Of a stretch of DNA of 22,012 bases, positions 9,924 through 19,753 are shown piece by piece (the stretch's first letter is position 1; the number at the start of each line of letters is the position of its first letter). Under the pieces are notes generated by a model that was not told the origin of the DNA, made no database searches, and was given only the letters and a program-made list of their open reading frames with translations. This DNA is from Nematocida ausubeli (Eukaryota). The stretch spans positions 62,001 through 84,012 of the forward strand of contig NW_026515640.1 in NCBI RefSeq assembly GCF_000738915.1, read 5' to 3'. A program made the translations under genes and the position numbers.

Positions 9924-10562
9924 TTACCGCATGAAGAAGTACAGTATAAGGAATAATACAATTAAAATTGCAGCATAAAATACATATTGCATTACAACTG
10001 CCTCTACATGCATCTTTCTGCTTTTCTTTCTGAATTTCTCTGAGATATTCTGTAGTTTATGCCCAAGCATCTCTAGTTGTTCTATCTTATGGCCTCTTTG
10101 TAGTACATTTGTGTAGTTCTGTATGCATACTTCTTTTGTCTCTTTGAGTGTCTCTAGTGTCTCTTCTAGTCCTTTGTCCTTACTGTATCTCTTACTTTCT
10201 TCTTTAATTATATCTTCAAAGCGTATATACGACATATTACTGGACAGGTCTTCTCCATACTCTTTCTCAAATAAGTCCTTCAGTCTCTCAAAAAATAGTG
10301 AAATTGATGTCTTAGAGAGACCTATTTCAACTGCACTCAGGATTATGATACTTTTAAACTGCTTGAAATATATTACTATTCCTTCTTCTGTTGATTGCGT
10401 ACTGCAGAATTGTGTTTCATTTGGGAATTTATCTGGGATACTTGTCATATCATCCAGGACTTTCGTATGTTCACTCTCAAAGTATCTGGAGAGAGGGCAC
10501 TCTGCAGATACGATTATCCTGTTGTCAGATTGTCTCACTATTTGAGTAAACAGAATGGCCAT
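9924..10562 (-). CDS. SEC22: Sec22-like longin R-SNARE
   Basis: Longin N-terminus, YIRFEDII (cf. PYxFIxFD), SNARE motif NVLQRGHKIEQL with zero-layer Arg, and a C-terminal TM anchor. Confidence 0.8.
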   Translation of the reverse strand: MAILFTQIVRQSDNRIIVSAECPLSRYFESEHTKVLDDMTSIPDKFPNETQFCSTQSTEEGIVIYFKQFKSIIILSAVEIGLSKTSISLFFERLKDLFEKEYGEDLSSNMSYIRFEDIIKEESKRYSKDKGLEETLETLKETKEVCIQNYTNVLQRGHKIEQLEMLGHKLQNISEKFRKKSRKMHVEAVVMQYVFYAAILIVLFLILYFFMR

Positions 10563-11016
10563 TGAATTAATGAAAAAATATTTCTATGAATATATGGGAA
10601 TATATGGGAATATTTAATGTAGAAGAGAGTGTTTTAATGGAAGAGAATGGACAGGTGTAGATTATGACTAATTTTAATGGGTAGAAATATTCGGGTTATA
10701 TTTTAGTATATATGGGATAAATGTGTATTTATGGTTGATCTTATAAGATATACTCATGGGTACTATTGTATTCACAGCCTAATTACTGTTATATTTCATA
10801 CTCTTGGTTCTAGTAGTACAAATAGACTAATATTATGAGATATAACAGATATTCCCAAATGGGAGCAATGTTACAGATAGGAGATAGTGTTCTAGGATAG
10901 TATTATAAGGTAGTAGTAGATAGCCAGATAGTAGTAGATAGTTGTCACTTAGTAATATCTTTTGTATTTTTGTTGAATATTTCTTACTGTAGACATTTCA
11001 CTCCTTTAATATTTTC

Positions 11017-11174
11017 TGTTTCCAGTCTCTCTACTACTACTAGTAATAATAATTCTCTCTAGTAGTAATAATTTTAAATAATTATTTGTTTTCAGTCTCT
11101 CTCTACTACTAGTAATCTACTAGTATTAATAATTCTCTATAGTAGTAATATTTTTATTTTTCTTGTCGACAACA
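11017..11174 (+). repeat. Degenerate, internally duplicated solo-LTR-like relic
   Basis: Starts TGTTTCCAGT (LTR sense start TGTTGCCAGT), contains TAGTAGTAATAATTTTAAATAA, and ends TTTTCTTGTCGACAACA, identical over 17 nt to the reverse complement of 19831-19847. Confidence 0.55.
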
Positions 11175-11434
11175 AAATTATATCTAGTCACCTTCTAGTA
11201 CCAAGAATATTTTGGAGAATTAAAAGTAGAGATAGAACCTCTTTTGGTCTTGGAATAAAAGTGGAATATATTTATCATTATGATATACTGTCTAGTATGC
11301 GGTCTTGATGGTGCCTTCTAAATTATCTCTTGGTGTAGTATACTCTATTTATTATTTTAATTGTGTGCACTAACGGGGGAAGGGTATATTTGTAATTTAG
11401 GCTGTATTTAGTCAGTTCTGGTTATATCCTTGTA

Positions 11435-12094
11435 CTACCTCTTCTTGTATACGCACGGCTTGAAGGGTATTTCTGGCAGGGTTTTCACTCTCTTTGATGT
11501 CTTTTTGAAGTTGAAGAAGCAGAAGAAGTTGCTCTCCAGGTCCTTTGATAGAAGGGAGAATCCGTGCATGGACATTGGCCTTATAAATTGGTCTATTTTG
11601 TACAATCTACTTCTTACTTCAATTATTTTCAGTAAACCGCCTGGTTTAAGTATCCTGTATGCCTCTTGGATATAGTCACTCGCATTGTTTCCCATGAGAG
11701 AGAGACAGAAAATCACTACATCAACGGATTCTTGGTCAAGTGGTACATTCCTTATGTCTGCTTGAGTGATGAAATTATTTCCATCTGGTTTTGCTAAGTC
11801 GAATGAGTGGATTTTTCTGTCTGGGAATCTTTTTGCAATTGCTGCATCACCGCACCCCATGTCTGCAATTATGTGGGTTGCATCTACATTTATTAGCTGC
11901 TTTATGACTCTGTCTACTGGGTTAAATGGCCATTTTGCTGCTTGTTCCCTGTACCCTTCATGATACTTTTTGAATAATTCTGGGTCAATATTCTTCTCCT
12001 TCTTTCTGTACAGGACTTCATTTAAAACTCTGAATTTTGCTCCTTTAAGGCTTCCCTCCAATTTCTGGAGAATCTTCTTCTTTTGCTTGTCCAT
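11435..12094 (-). CDS. RRP8: Rrp8/nucleomethylin rRNA m1A methyltransferase
   Basis: Motifs GAKFRVLNE, YHEGYREQ, WPFNP, IADMGCG, FCLSLMG, EVRSR and PCVYKKR. Likely start is the ATG at 12094. Confidence 0.93.
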   Translation of the reverse strand: MDKQKKKILQKLEGSLKGAKFRVLNEVLYRKKEKNIDPELFKKYHEGYREQAAKWPFNPVDRVIKQLINVDATHIIADMGCGDAAIAKRFPDRKIHSFDLAKPDGNNFITQADIRNVPLDQESVDVVIFCLSLMGNNASDYIQEAYRILKPGGLLKIIEVRSRLYKIDQFIRPMSMHGFSLLSKDLESNFFCFFNFKKTSKRVKTLPEIPFKPCVYKKR

Positions 12095-12238
12095 GAAAAT
12101 TTTAGCTGAAAATTCAATGAATATGAATAAATTCCAGTAACTCAGGATATATATAAATAGAATAAAAGAGTATAAAGTGCATATAAATACTACAAGCATA
12201 CAATATACATGAAAATATCAAAAAACCACTTAAAGAGA

Positions 12239-12565
12239 TATACAGTAGTAGACTAATTATAGTGGGAGTATACAGTAGTAGACTAATTGTAGTGGGAATA
12301 TACAGTAGTAGACTAATTGTAACAGGGATGTACTTTAATTTAAATTCATGAGAGTAATTTTCTTCCCATAGACTAAATTCTAGTAGACTAAAATATTCCC
12401 CATATACTAAAATGTCTTCATATACTAAAATACCTTCTAGTATACAGTAGACTAAAATACCCTCTAGTATACAATAGACTAAAATACCCCCTAGTATACC
12501 ATAGACTAAAATATCTCTCGATACCCCCTAGTATACAACAGACTAAAAACCTCTTGATACCCCAA
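12239..12565. repeat. Tandem repeats: three 30-bp units, then TAGACTAAAATA units
   Basis: TATACAGTAGTAGACTAATT at 12239, 12269 and 12299, followed by degenerate TAGACTAAAATACC units. Confidence 0.8.
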
Positions 12566-12687
12566 ATACTTTTATTTTTCCATTAAATATTTCTCTCCCT
12601 CTCTCCCTCTCTCTCTCGCTCTCTTCCTCTATAACTCTATAACCCTTGAACTTACAAATCACTATATCACATAATATTATTTATTAT

Positions 12688-12966
12688 TTAATCTAAGTCA
12701 TCCATTATGCTTGTTCTACTTCTGTATACGAATGTTGTCTTTTGCTTTTCCGTTTGCTTTATGATTTTAAGAAAATCTTCATTGCTTATTTCTTGCACGT
12801 GCTGTGTTCTGTATATGTCACAAAGTAATCCTTCTATTTTGTAATATCTCTCTAAGTCAACTGCCTTTATGTTTAGGAGTCTAGTAAGGGACTCTTTACT
12901 AAGAATGTGCCTAACAATCTTTTCTGTTATATTTTCCTTCTGTTCTCTCTCTTCATTGGTAGTCAT
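12688..12966 (-). CDS. PDCD5/Sdd2-like dsDNA-binding family protein
   Basis: ILSKESLTRLLNIKAVD (cf. IL-x3-A-x2-RL-x2-I-x2-V), IEGLL, ISNEDFLKII and an acidic tail. An alternative ATG lies at 12981. Confidence 0.75.
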   Translation of the reverse strand: MTTNEEREQKENITEKIVRHILSKESLTRLLNIKAVDLERYYKIEGLLCDIYRTQHVQEISNEDFLKIIKQTEKQKTTFVYRSRTSIMDDLD

Positions 12967-12990
12967 TACGAAAAAAACCATTTCATTTTT

Positions 12991-13722
12991 ATGGAGAGAA
13001 ATTACGCAGAGACAAGCGGCAGTGCACCAGGAGGATATACACCAGAGAGGGTCCCTGAGATGGACAAAAACTTAAGAATATATCTTAGGAAGGAGATTCG
13101 TAATTACACAAGTGAGAACCCAGATGAAATAATCTCAAAGATAGAGCTAGTCAGTCACGAAGCAAATCCAAAGGAGCAGCTGCTGAATATTCTGCAGCCT
13201 GTCTTTGAGGACAGAACTCAACTATTTGTGAACAGATTATTTGGCTACCAGAAGAGAGTGTGCAGAGATGGTGCACACTGCAGGAGACCAGGCTGTTACT
13301 TCAAACACCCTTCAGTTGGTCTCCCTATGATGGAAATAGACGAGAGACCTGCAATATCACCTAGAGAAGAAAGATTCCATGGGGGTGCACCAAAGGCCGT
13401 CTTAGAAAGACAAAGAAAAATCATTGATCTGTTAAGCAGACGGACAGATTTACCGGCTGATGCACAGTCACTCATTGAGCAACTCAGGAGGCTTATATGC
13501 AGGGGGCCCAGGGGAAGCCAAGGGGCTGAGCATCTGTCAACCCGCTTCATTATCAATAACAGGCAAGAGTGGATGACAAATGAACACCTGCACACATACC
13601 CTGGGGTCATTCGGGTTTCTGAAAATGGAACTATAGAGTGTGCTACTAGAGCAGATGCAGAAAGAGTATTTAATATGATCTATAAGATAGATAAGAACAG
13701 CCATCCCACCTGGATAGAATAA
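12991..13722 (+). CDS. PWI domain plus CCCH zinc-finger RNA-binding protein (RBM26/27- or Nab2-like)
   Basis: PWI-like segment ending VFEDRTQLFVNRLF, finger C-x5-C-x4-C-x3-H (CRDGAHCRRPGCYFKH), and a degenerate RRM-like C-terminus. First ATG at 12991. Confidence 0.7.
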   Translation: MERNYAETSGSAPGGYTPERVPEMDKNLRIYLRKEIRNYTSENPDEIISKIELVSHEANPKEQLLNILQPVFEDRTQLFVNRLFGYQKRVCRDGAHCRRPGCYFKHPSVGLPMMEIDERPAISPREERFHGGAPKAVLERQRKIIDLLSRRTDLPADAQSLIEQLRRLICRGPRGSQGAEHLSTRFIINNRQEWMTNEHLHTYPGVIRVSENGTIECATRADAERVFNMIYKIDKNSHPTWIE

Positions 13723-14089
13723 ACTATTTGTTCCCTTCTGTGGTTTTAATTTTAACAAATCAGGTTATACTAGGCTGTTATAAGGTTGTGCATGGAATTC
13801 TTACGCAAGGAATAAATATAATCTGAATATAGTTGATTTTCATGGGATATCAAGGATATCACAGTATATCCCGTATATAAAGTGACTTATTAGTGTATAT
13901 TTATGTTGTAAATATATTCTCATAGATATTCTTGTGCTAAAATGTCATCATTATTCATAAGAATATCACAGTTATCACAGTCATATGCAGTGATAAAACA
14001 TAAATATCTTGAGAGATTACACCTATTAGGTTTATATTTGGATTATATTTGGGTTGTATTTGGGTTATAACGTAGTCTCATTTGGTTAA

Positions 14090-14322
14090 TTATTCACTGG
14101 TATTCACTGATATTTAGTGATATTTAGAGTATTTTTAGTGATATTCATTGAATTTAGTCTAGAATACTAGCATGATATTTAGTGAATTTAGTCTAGAATA
14201 TTATTCACTGATATAACCTGAATAACCCGAATTTATAATAGCATTCACTGATATAACCCAAATACTAGAATATTATTCAGTGATATTTAGTGATATTCAC
14301 TGATATTTAGAATATATTCAGT
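14090..14322. repeat. Degenerate repeat with units in both orientations
   Basis: ATTCACTGATAT and TCAGTGATAT/TTAGTGATAT units. Confidence 0.7.
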
Positions 14323-14721
14323 GAAGGATAGTTTACTAAGATCCTGGTAGGGAAGGATATCTATGAAAATCTATTGATTAGAGAGAATAAAACAACAAGA
14401 TAGATGGTCTCTTAAGAAGGCTATAATACTTCTGTCTAGAGCATAATATGCTTACAGTAGACTGCTCATCTAGAATTTCAATAGTTGAAATAAATCCTAT
14501 AGTATGTCTAGATAGAACTACTGTGTAGTGACTTTCAATTGTTTCCCTGCAATTCTCATGTCCCAAGGGAATTCCTTTGATATATTTATTACTTCTTCTA
14601 TTTTACTTATATTTATCAATCTACATATACTCTCATTATTATTTCTTATTGTCTTTCATTTCATAAATCTAATTAATCTTTCATTTTCTTATCTATTTAT
14701 AATATTAATATTTGCAGATTC

Positions 14722-15306
14722 ATGAAGAAACAGAAAACAAGCATACGTACATTTCTCATTATTTTCGCATACATTGGGATGAGTGTCTTACTGTATACGT
14801 ATATCCCAAATTATAGAATACATTTCATTACAAGAAATGAGTTCAGCACACGGAATACTCGACCAATTATTTTGTACTCTCAGAGAGACCTTTCAAAGAT
14901 ATACGAAAAGTGCACTTGCTGGATTAATTGCACGTGTATTTCTGGCTCAGTGGATTATTTGCTTAAATCATCAGATATTCTACTGCCAGATGTAGATGTA
15001 TTAATGCACTCTCCATTTGACATCTCCTTAATACTACAGCACAAAATAACAAAAACACCAGTTATTTTACAGAAAGATCATATATACGCATATACATCGC
15101 ATAAATTCATCGATTACATAAAGATGTTCAGATATTTCTTTGAAGGAATATCCTATTTTGCACTCTCTGAGATGCAGAAGCATTGCAACATCAAGATAAT
15201 TACATATTTATACATAATTATGTGTGTACATATGGTAGTAGCAAAGTATAACAGCAGAAGGCGCAGTAGAAAGGCAGTATGCATGGAAGAACTGCAGGCA
15301 CTATGA
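14722..15306 (+). CDS. Hypothetical membrane-anchored protein
   Basis: 194-aa ORF with a basic N-terminus followed by a hydrophobic segment, and a second hydrophobic segment before a basic C-tail. Confidence 0.65.
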   Translation: MKKQKTSIRTFLIIFAYIGMSVLLYTYIPNYRIHFITRNEFSTRNTRPIILYSQRDLSKIYEKCTCWINCTCISGSVDYLLKSSDILLPDVDVLMHSPFDISLILQHKITKTPVILQKDHIYAYTSHKFIDYIKMFRYFFEGISYFALSEMQKHCNIKIITYLYIIMCVHMVVAKYNSRRRSRKAVCMEELQAL

Positions 15307-15319
15307 GGTTTCTGGGATT

Positions 15320-15660
15320 TAGGGTTATATTGGGTTATATCTAGTCGGGTTATATTTTAGTTATATCGGGTTATATTCTAGTTATATTCTAGTATATTTT
15401 GGTTATATTCTTGTTATATTTAGTTATATTTTAGTATATTTAGTTATATTCAGTATATTATTTTGGTTATATTCTTGTTATATTTAGTATATTCTAGTAT
15501 ATTCTAGTTATATTCTAGTAGATTCTTGTTATATTTAGTTATATTCTCGGGTTCTGGTTATATTTAGTTATATTCTAGTATATTTTAGTTATATTTAGTA
15601 TATTTTGGTTATATTCTAGTATATTTAGTATATTTTGGTTATATCCTGGTATGTTCTGGC
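15320..15660. repeat. GTTATATT/TAGTATATT minisatellite
   Basis: Dense 9-12 nt degenerate units directly after the stop codon. Confidence 0.85.
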
Positions 15661-15846
15661 TACATTTAGAAAAGTGAATTATTCATGAAGATGCATATGA
15701 AGGATATTCATGCAGGAATAGTAGAATTATAGTAGAATTATGACAGAATTAAATAGTTACTCTTTTAGGCTGGTTGACTTTATAATAATATTCTAATTTT
15801 ACTCTATATTTGTTCACAGTTATTTACAGTCTATTTTAATATTATT

Positions 15847-15918
15847 TGTTGCCAACTAAGAAAACTAAAGATAAAAATTTATTTAAAATTACTACTATAT
15901 ATAGAGCCACTGGCAACA
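15847..15918 (-). repeat. 3' LTR (72 bp)
   Basis: TGTTGCCA...TGGCAACA 8-bp terminal inverted repeat; identical to 19754-19825. Confidence 0.96.
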
Positions 15919-15927
15919 TCCCCCCCT
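15919..15927 (-). other. Polypurine tract
   Basis: AGGGGGGGA directly before the 3' LTR on the minus strand. Confidence 0.88.
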
Positions 15928-16071
15928 AGAATTTTCAATACTTTTTTCACCTTACTGTGGGGGCCTCCTTGCTCTTTTTGTCTTCCTACTTCCTCTGACT
16001 GCTTGTTTCTTCCACTCTTTCTGTCTGTCCGCTCTCTCTCTGCTTTCGTTCTAAATAAATTAAAAATTTCT

Positions 16072-16788
16072 TCACTTGACTACTTCTGTGCAATTCTTTG
16101 CTATGTGACCTTCCTTCTCGCACTTAAAGCACTTTATGCTTTTCCCGCTACCTCGACTGTCTCTTTTGCCCTGCGTTGTTTTATCTCTTTTGGTCTCCCT
16201 GTCCATCCTGATAACCTCCTGTTTGAACTCCTCCATGTCTCGTTTCAACAACTCGTCCTTCATCATCAATCTCCTCATCTTCATGTTCGACCATCCTCGG
16301 CACATACACTTCTTGATTTCTTTCTGACTTATTCCTCGCTTGTTTCCTACTTTTTCCACACGCTCCAACCAATCTTTCATCGACTCTCCTACGTCTTGTA
16401 GTAACTCTGGCATTTCCTTCTGCTCTGCACTCATAAAGTTCTTCACAACTTCTTCCTTAAACTCGACCCATGTCTGTGGTGGCTTCTTCTCACCGAACTT
16501 GTTTCCCCACCAAATCCATATCTCTTTCTCCATTGTGTCTCTTGGGTTTTTCATCACCTCGTCTCCCTTGCCTTTTCGGTCCACGTCCTTTATGTCCAGC
16601 TGCAGTGTCTCTCGTGTTATCCACTTTCGACTCACCTCTTCCTTTGCTATCTGTACTGTGTAACTCAGCTTTTGTTGATCTGTGTTTCCTTCCTCTGTTA
16701 CGTCGTCCTTTGGTCTTCTACCTGTCATGTTTTTCCCTCTTGCAATTTTCTTTTTATACTTGTCTTTTCCCGGCATCTTCTCTTTCAT
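16072..16788 (-). CDS. gag: Gag-like protein (capsid-like region plus CCHC zinc knuckle)
   Basis: WW...TWVEFKEEVVKNF and LLQDVGESMKDWLERV match retrotransposon gag/MHR-like patterns. CFKCEKEGHIAKNC is C-x2-C-x4-H-x4-C. The ATG overlaps the pol TGA (ATGA, 16788-16785). Confidence 0.88.
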   Translation of the reverse strand: MKEKMPGKDKYKKKIARGKNMTGRRPKDDVTEEGNTDQQKLSYTVQIAKEEVSRKWITRETLQLDIKDVDRKGKGDEVMKNPRDTMEKEIWIWWGNKFGEKKPPQTWVEFKEEVVKNFMSAEQKEMPELLQDVGESMKDWLERVEKVGNKRGISQKEIKKCMCRGWSNMKMRRLMMKDELLKRDMEEFKQEVIRMDRETKRDKTTQGKRDSRGSGKSIKCFKCEKEGHIAKNCTEVVK

Positions 16789-19525
16789 ATCACCTTTCTT
16801 TTGATCCTCCTATGACTGATCTTACTCTTCTTGCCTGTGTCTGCTTCTGTCACCAAGTATGTTCCTTCCTCTGTCACTCTGTCTACCTTTCCCTCCTTTG
16901 GAAATCTGTCTTGTTTCTTGTTCTCTGGCTTCTTCCTAAACCACACTGTCTCGCCCTCCTTTGCCTTTGCCTCATCCTTTTCCTCTTGAAATCGCTTCCT
17001 TGCGTACTCCCCCTTTGCTGAGTTTTTCTCTCTCAAAATGTCCATTCGAATGTCTCTGTCTGCCCGTCCTTCCTCTGCGTCCTTCTGTCTGTGTGTATAC
17101 CCGCCATTGCCTGCGTTTTCCCCCTTAGTATACTGTGCCTGCGCGACCCTCCCTGGTGCGTCTTTTTGTCTGTTCTCATACCCGCCATTGCCTGCGTTTT
17201 CTCCCCTAGTATGCTGTGCCTGCGCGACCCTCCCTGGTGCGTCTTGTTGTCTGTGTGTATACCCGCCATTGCCTGCGTTTTCTCCCCTAGTATACTGTGC
17301 CTGCGCGACCCTCCCTGGTGCGTCTTGTTGTCCTTGTGCTATCTCCCATGCCTCGTTTGGCTTCATCCCTATCTCGTCGTGTCTTCGACCGTTTATTGCG
17401 TTCTCTATCCGCTGCACTCTGTCCTTTAGCTCTCCGTCTGTCCCTATCTTTCTGTATATCTCCCATACTGACTTTATGACTCTCTCCACTCTCCTCAGTG
17501 TTGCATGTACCTCTATTGATCCTCTGTAGTTCTCTATCCCTGTTTTCTCCAAAAACCTCATCCACTTGTCTGCTACGTACTCTTTTGCTGTATCTGTCAC
17601 CAGCTTCTCTGGCTTCCCTCTTGTCTGTATCCACTCCTCCATTACTGCTATCATGTCTGCTGCTCCTCTGCCCTTCTTTGCTCTCACCATCACAATCCGC
17701 GTGAAATAATCCAGTACGCACACTAAGTTGTGTTCCTCTACCGGCCCCATCACGTCCATGCCAACCATTTCCAAAGCCTTCCCGGTTTCAATGAATTTCC
17801 CTTTTGATATGCTTCTCTTCTGATTGTTTTTCTGGCATTTTTCGCAGCTCTTCACCTTCTCCAAAAGGTCTGTCTTCAGTCCTACCCACGTGCTTTCCTG
17901 GTCTGTCTCTATCCAGTCCCTCATCTTCTCCATGCCCCCATGGCCTGTCTCTTCGTGTGCTCTGTTCATTATGTCTGTCTTCATTCTTGTCTTTATTAGT
18001 CTTCTGTCTAGCCCGTCGGCTCCCTCGATCCACGGTGTCCCGTTCTTCCATTGAATTCTCACCCAATACTTGCTCTTACTTGATATCCCGTACTCTGTCT
18101 CTCGCTCTGTTGTCTTCTCTACGTCCATCTGCTCTCTTCTGGATAGTGCGTCTACTGCTGTCATCTCGCTTCCTTTTCTGTACTTCACCACCATGTTAAA
18201 ACCATCTATTCTGTGCATCCACCTCTGTATTCTCTCACTCCCGAACTCCATTTTTCGGTTCCAGCACTCCAATGCTCGGTGATCCACAATCACTGTAAAC
18301 TTTCGTCCCCGCAAATAATGCTCATACTTCTCTATTCCCAGCACCATTGCATACAACTCTCTTTCTGTGATTCCATAGTTTCTCTCTGCGCTCTTGAACT
18401 TGTACGACCCAAATGCTATGATTCTCTCATTCCCCTTTTCGTCTATCTGTGATAATATCCGCCCTGCGGCCACCCCGCTTGCGTCCGTTGTAAGTACTAT
18501 CTCTCGTCCGTCCACCCATGTGTCCAACTTTGCTGTTGCAAACTCCTCCTTTAGTCTCTCTACTGTCTCCTTGTCTTGCTGTCTCATCTCAAATTTGCTG
18601 CCCTCCTTCATCTTGTCATATAGCTCGGCTGTTTTATTGGCAAAATCTTTTATATACCGGCTATAGTGATTTATGAATCCTAGGAATCGTCTCAGTTCCT
18701 CTTTTGTCTCTGGCATTGCCCATCTTCGCATTTCCTCTACCTTGTCTTCTTTTGGCCTACCTGTCTCTCCGTTGATTATGTGTCCTAATGCCAGTACCTC
18801 TTGTCTTCTATACTGCATTTTCACCTCCTTCACTCTTAAGTCTGCTTTGTCCAGTCTTCTCATAACTCTGTCCAGATTTTCATCGTGCTCCTTCTCCGTG
18901 TTGCCGTATACTATGATGTCGTCTAAGTACACCTCGCATCCGTTTCCGATCACTCCGTCTAGCTCCTTGTCCATGATTCTCTGAAATATCGCTGGTGAGT
19001 TCTTGTACCCCATCACCAACCTTTTGCACTGGTATAACCTGTTCTTCAACTTGAATGCTGTTTTCTCTCTGCTGTCTTTGTGTAACCTTATCTGGAAGTA
19101 TCCATCCTTTAGATCTAATACTGTGAACCATTTCTTCTGCCCTACCTTCACGAGTATTCCCTCAATCTCTGGCAACGAGTATTTGTCATCCTCCACTATT
19201 GTATTTAGTTTTCTTAGGTTTTGGCACAGCCGCAGTGAACCATCCGGTTTCTCCACTATTTTCACTGGGTTGCACCACCTTGACCTTGATAACTCAATCA
19301 CTCCTTCCCTAAGCAACTTGTTTGTCATTTCGTCTATTTTTTTTTGTCCCACTCCATTGGTAGTTTCCTTCCCCATGACTGGTTTATCCTCAACCCTGGC
19401 GGTGTTTCTATCTGCACCTCTTCGCCTTGGTATCCCTGTGATGGTTCCATTGAGAACACTCTCTTCCACTTCTTGACTAACTCTTCTTGCTTCATGCCTT
19501 CTGCAAAAACTTCTTTGTCTTTCAT
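16785..19525 (-). CDS. pol: Pol (RT-RNase H-integrase) without protease; N-terminus split by a frameshift at A9 (19345-19337)
   Basis: RT: LDLKDGYFQI, GYKNSPAIFQ, YLDDII. RNase H: TDAS, ERELYA, VDHRAL, DALSR. Integrase: H-x4-H...C-x2-C and D, D-35-E (GMDV, VTDT, RVER). The upstream 63-aa ORF 19525-19334 supplies a typical RT N-terminus. Confidence 0.92.
17076..17332. repeat. In-frame 81-bp tandem repeat, about 3.2 copies, in the integrase linker
   Basis: CCCGCCATTG at 17100, 17181 and 17262; encodes QQDAPGRVAQAQYTRGENAGNGGYTHR units. Confidence 0.95.
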
Positions 19526-19738
19526 CTGTCTTTAATCTTGAATCACTCTCTCCTCCTCTTTTTGATCTTTAGTCCCAGATTTGAGAGTACTCAGTCCGAT
19601 ACTATCGGCAATCTTATACTTCCTCCTTTCCCCTCTCCTCTGTACAAGCGGCAATAATATAATGAGTCTGTTATTGATCTAGCTATTCTTATAGCTTTTC
19701 TACGTCAACTTGACCCGAGCTTTGCGCTACTCTTTAAA

Positions 19739-19753
19739 CCTGTCAGGACGCCA
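19739..19753 (-). other. tRNA primer-binding site
   Basis: TGGCGTCCTGACAGG abuts the 5' LTR and is complementary to a tRNA 3' end ...GGACG-CCA. tRNA identity not established. Confidence 0.8.

Noticed and set aside
15880..16079. Stop-free +1 frame running from the gag end into the 3' LTR (about 65 codons)
   Set aside because: No ATG and no protease or other motif; purine-rich sequence is naturally poor in stops.
16003..19535. Many + strand and alternate-frame ORFs inside the retroelement
   Set aside because: They are explained by strong purine/pyrimidine strand skew and the 81-bp repeat and show no motifs. The exception is 19334-19525, kept as the RT N-terminus.
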